Shown here one piece after another: positions 16,848 to 20,108 of a stretch of 20,108 bases of DNA. A program made the translations under genes and the position numbers. Under the pieces are notes generated by a model. That model did not search any database. It was given only the letters and a program-made list of their open reading frames with translations, and had not been told where the DNA came from. Position 1 is the first letter of the stretch. Each line of letters opens with the position of its first letter. Origin of the DNA: Halobacteriaceae archaeon (GTDB lineage Archaea > Halobacteriota > Halobacteria > Halobacteriales > Halobacteriaceae); the NCBI GenBank assembly GCA_042216675.1, contig JBDGTS010000011.1, positions 1 through 20,108 on the forward strand. Reading direction: 5' to 3'.

Positions 16848-17762
16848 ATGACAGAGGGCCTGTACGGGACACCACTCGACGCGGCCGCGGAGACGCTCGC
16901 AGGGGACGACCGGGACCCCGACGCCGTCCGGGCGGCGCTCGAACCCGTCGCCGAGGACGGCGTCGTCTCCGAGGCCGCCGTCGAGGACGCTGTGGGCGAC
17001 GCCGCGGGCGCCGTCTCGACGGCGGAGACCCGGGCCGAGATCGCCGCAGTGGACGTCGCCGACGCCCGCGAGGCGGCCGCGCCCGTCTCTCACCTCGACG
17101 CCGTCGCCGCGCGCCTCGCCCGCTTCGAGCGCCGGCTCGACGACGTGGAGGCGACGGTGGCGGACCTCCACGCGAGCCTCGAGGACCTCCTCAGCCGGAC
17201 CGACGACCCGGACGTCCTCGCCGTCGCGGAAGACGTGCGTCGCCTCCGAGCGCGGGGGAACCGCACGCAGGCGGCCGCGGACGAACTCCAGTTCGACGTC
17301 GACGACTTCGAGACGTGGCTCGACGACCCCACCGTCCGCTACGACGAACTCGCCGCGGACCTCGACGCCCTCGTCGCCTTCCTCGACGACGTGGCCGAGG
17401 AGGCCGCGGCCCTCGACGACGGGACGGCGACCGACCCGGCCCGCCGCTGGTTCGACGCCACCTTGCGCCACCGCGTCGTGTCGCTGCTCCTCGCGGACCT
17501 GCGCGCGGACCGTCGTGACTTCCGGGCGTGGCCCGACGCCGACGCCCCGGACCGCGCGGCCGACGCCGCGGACCGCATCGAGGGCCTCGCGGAGCGACAC
17601 GAGACGCTGGACGAGCGCCTCGACGCCGTCGCCGACTCGGCGTGGCGCGAGCGGTACGCTGACCGTCTCGCCGCGGCCGAAGACGCCCTCGACGCCCACG
17701 AACCGCCCGTCGAGTGGGCCGCGGTGCAGGAGACGCTCGCCGCGCACCGACCGAGCGCGTAG
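16848..17762 (+). CDS. Acidic all-helical coiled-coil protein, resembling the haloarchaeal family annotated 'halo transducer protein'
   Basis: 304 aa, D/E/A-rich with heptad patterns; STAETRAE, WFDATLRHRV, PPVEW segments recalled from this family; no TM segment. Confidence 0.7.
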   Translation: MTEGLYGTPLDAAAETLAGDDRDPDAVRAALEPVAEDGVVSEAAVEDAVGDAAGAVSTAETRAEIAAVDVADAREAAAPVSHLDAVAARLARFERRLDDVEATVADLHASLEDLLSRTDDPDVLAVAEDVRRLRARGNRTQAAADELQFDVDDFETWLDDPTVRYDELAADLDALVAFLDDVAEEAAALDDGTATDPARRWFDATLRHRVVSLLLADLRADRRDFRAWPDADAPDRAADAADRIEGLAERHETLDERLDAVADSAWRERYADRLAAAEDALDAHEPPVEWAAVQETLAAHRPSA

Positions 17763-17798
17763 CGAACCCGTTTTGGGCGCTGACCCGCGAGTGCAGGT

Positions 17799-18593
17799 AT
17801 GACCGAGTGGCGTCTCGTGCGCGAGGAGGCCCGCGAGGGCGCTCTCAACATGGCGCTCGACGAGGTGGCGGCTCGCACCGCCGCCGAGGGCGGCCCGCGC
17901 ACCGTCCGCGTCTACCGCTGGGACCCCGGGACACTCTCGCTCGGCTACCGGCAGGACCCCGCCACGGTGGACTGGGACTACTGCGACGACGCCGGCGTCG
18001 ACGTGGTCCGGCGACCGACGGGCGGCGGCGGCATCTACCACGACCCCGTCGGCGACATCTCCTACGCCATCGCCGCGCCGGCCGGCGAGTTCCCGGGTGA
18101 CCTGCTGGACTGCTATCACGACCTCTGCGAGCCGATTTTCGACGCGTTCGCGGCGCTCGGCGTCGACGCCGAGTTCGCGAGCGAGGCCGCCGAGGGGACG
18201 TATCAGCCGGCCTGCTACCTCCGGGGGCGCAACCCAGCCCACGACGTCGTCGTCGACGGGCGCAAGATAAGCGGCAACGCGCAGTACCGGCAACACGACG
18301 CTGTCGTCCAACACGGCTCGCTGACGTACGCCACCCGTCCGGAGCGCCACCGGCGGGTGTTCGCCGACGCCCCCGACGCCTTCGACGAGGTGGCGAGCAT
18401 CGCTGGGTGCGCCGATGCGTCCCGCGCGCGAGCGGTGACGGCCCTCGAAGACGCCCTGCGGAACTGGGCGGGCGCCGAGGAGGGGTCGTGGACCGAGGCC
18501 GAACTCGCGGACGCGCGAGCGCTGGCCGACGAGAAGTACCGCTCGGCGGCGTGGACCCGCGAGCGGACGGCCCCGACTCAGTCCGAGAGGTAG
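17799..18593 (+). CDS. Biotin/lipoate A/B protein ligase family (single-domain LplA/LipM-like)
   Basis: NMALDE, RRPTGGGGIYHD, catalytic KISGNAQ, QHGS; CGAA..TTTTG promoter-like element at 17763-17775. Confidence 0.88.
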   Translation: MTEWRLVREEAREGALNMALDEVAARTAAEGGPRTVRVYRWDPGTLSLGYRQDPATVDWDYCDDAGVDVVRRPTGGGGIYHDPVGDISYAIAAPAGEFPGDLLDCYHDLCEPIFDAFAALGVDAEFASEAAEGTYQPACYLRGRNPAHDVVVDGRKISGNAQYRQHDAVVQHGSLTYATRPERHRRVFADAPDAFDEVASIAGCADASRARAVTALEDALRNWAGAEEGSWTEAELADARALADEKYRSAAWTRERTAPTQSER

Positions 18594-19087
18594 TCTTGTA
18601 CCGCCTCGTGAATCGCGGACACGTCCGGCGCGTCGCGCGTCGGGTCGACGGGGTGGTCCGCGAGCCACCGATACTGCACCGTCAGGTCCTCGTCGACGAG
18701 GAACACCGAGCGGTGGGGGCGGGCGACGAGGCCCAAGACCCGATACCGGACGCCGAAGGCCTCGGTGACGTCGAGGTCCCGGTCGGAGTACAGCGGGAAC
18801 GGCAGGTCGAGACGGTCGATGAACGCCCGGTGCGTGCGCACCCGGGACCGAGAGACGCCGACGACGCGCACGTCCCCCGTCGTGGCGAACCAGCCGAAGT
18901 CGCGGAACGCGCACCACTCGCGCACGCAGTCCGGGCTGAAGTCGTTCGTGTAGAAGACCACGAGAACCGGTTTCTCGTCCGATAACTCAGAGAGGGAGAC
19001 TGTCTCCACGTCGCCATCGGGGTACACGAGCGGTGCCGCCACGTCGGGAACCGTTTCGCCCACCGCGACTCCGGGACCCTCCACCAT
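18578..19087 (-). CDS. Peroxiredoxin-like redoxin (AhpC/TSA, BCP/PrxQ-like)
   Basis: VGETVPD, FYTNDFSPDCVREWC, VVGVS, LPFPLYSD, RSVFLVD; ATG at 19087. Confidence 0.82.
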   Translation of the reverse strand: MVEGPGVAVGETVPDVAAPLVYPDGDVETVSLSELSDEKPVLVVFYTNDFSPDCVREWCAFRDFGWFATTGDVRVVGVSRSRVRTHRAFIDRLDLPFPLYSDRDLDVTEAFGVRYRVLGLVARPHRSVFLVDEDLTVQYRWLADHPVDPTRDAPDVSAIHEAVQDYLSD

Positions 19088-19168
19088 GCCCGCCTCCACG
19101 GAACCCGGGCTTTTGGCTGTTCCGTTGGATTCCGAAGTCACTAACTCGGCCGCTCGCGGACGTGCACT

Positions 19169-20020
19169 ATGCAGATTGGCGCACACACGTCCATCGCGAA
19201 GAGCGCGGGACCCTACAACGGGGTCGCGAACGCCGTCCACCTGCAGGCCGAGGTGGGGGGCAACTGCGGTCAGATTTTCACCCACTCCCCCCAGGTGTGG
19301 CAGGACCCCGACGTGAGCGACCGGGAGGCCGAGACGTTCCGCGAGGCCACCGCCGAGGCCGACATCGGCCCGTGGGTCATCCACGCCTCGTATCTGGTGA
19401 ACCTCTGTACGCCCAAAGAGGACCTGCGCGAGAAGTCCGTCGCGTCGATGCAGGCCGAAGTCGACGCCGCTGACGCCCTCGGCATCGAGTTCGTCAACGT
19501 TCACCTCGGCGCGCACACCGGCGCGGGCGTCGAGGGCGGCCTCGACAACGCCGCGAGCGCACTCGACGACCTCGACGTGCCCGACGGCGTGACGGTCCTC
19601 GTCGAGAGCGACGCCGGGTCCGGCACGAAACTCGGCGACCAGTTCGAACACCTCGCCGCGGTTCGGGAGCGCACGTCCCTCGACGTCGAGTTCTGCCTCG
19701 ACACGGCCCACGTGTTCGCCGCGGGCTACGACCTCTCCTCGCCCGCGGCCGTCGACGAGACGGTGGCCGAGTTCGACGACGTGGTGGGGCTGGACGACCT
19801 GCGCTGCATCCACCTCAACGACTCCGTCCACGCATGCGGCACGAACAAGGACGAACACGCCCACGTCGGCGAGGGCGAAATCGGCGCGGACGGAATGCGC
19901 GCAATCCTCAACCACGAGGGCTGGCGCGACGTGCCGTTCGTCCTCGAAACGCCCAACGAACCCGACGAGGGCAAGGGCTTCGCCTACGACATCGAGACGG
20001 TCCGGAGCCTGCGGGAGTAA
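19169..20020 (+). CDS. nfo: Endonuclease IV (AP endonuclease, deoxyribonuclease IV)
   Basis: [55 protein letters not shown] metal-ligand motifs. Confidence 0.95.
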   Translation: MQIGAHTSIAKSAGPYNGVANAVHLQAEVGGNCGQIFTHSPQVWQDPDVSDREAETFREATAEADIGPWVIHASYLVNLCTPKEDLREKSVASMQAEVDAADALGIEFVNVHLGAHTGAGVEGGLDNAASALDDLDVPDGVTVLVESDAGSGTKLGDQFEHLAAVRERTSLDVEFCLDTAHVFAAGYDLSSPAAVDETVAEFDDVVGLDDLRCIHLNDSVHACGTNKDEHAHVGEGEIGADGMRAILNHEGWRDVPFVLETPNEPDEGKGFAYDIETVRSLRE

Positions 20021-20108
20021 ACCGTATATCGCGATAGCAAACGACGATTTCACGGAGTGACCGGTCTCTCGCACTCCTCGTGACAGGCGAAACAAATTTC
20101 TACAGCGG

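Noticed and set aside
16716-18917. 733-aa minus-strand ORF
   Set aside because: Antisense to the coiled-coil and ligase genes; no coherent domain
19088-20095. Apparent 505-aa fusion upstream of the peroxiredoxin
   Set aside because: The extension is the antisense shadow of endonuclease IV; the redoxin starts at 19087
1-20108. CRISPR array, IS element, integrase or defence system
   Set aside because: No regularly spaced repeats, transposase or recombinase motifs, or terminal inverted repeats seen

Overview
High-GC, core-chromosome segment of a halophilic archaeon (class Halobacteria), judged from acidic proteins, leaderless-type promoters, eL15, Rio2 and a Tat lipoprotein. Gene order: 3' part of the SAMP-activating E1 enzyme UbaA; a 65-aa Cys-rich putative metal-binding microprotein; an alpha/beta-hydrolase; kdgK; a mutS-mutL operon; rpl15e with a long structured 5' leader; a REC-HalX response regulator coupled to a degenerate RecA/KaiC-like protein; rio2; a small membrane protein; a pstS-pstC-pstA-pstB-phoU-like phosphate operon; a divergent coiled-coil ('halo transducer'-like) gene; a single-domain lipoate ligase; a BCP-like peroxiredoxin; and endonuclease IV. 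I see no mobile element, CRISPR array, tRNA or rRNA, and no clearly new multi-gene system. The best second-look items are small: a possible leaderless 14-aa Arg-rich uORF whose stop overlaps the probable mutS start, a pseudoknot-capable rpl15e leader, a PhoU-family regulator with eroded acidic motifs, an extra-long PstA, and the AT-rich divergent control region between pstS and the coiled-coil gene. Family assignments come from motif recognition only; no searches were run.
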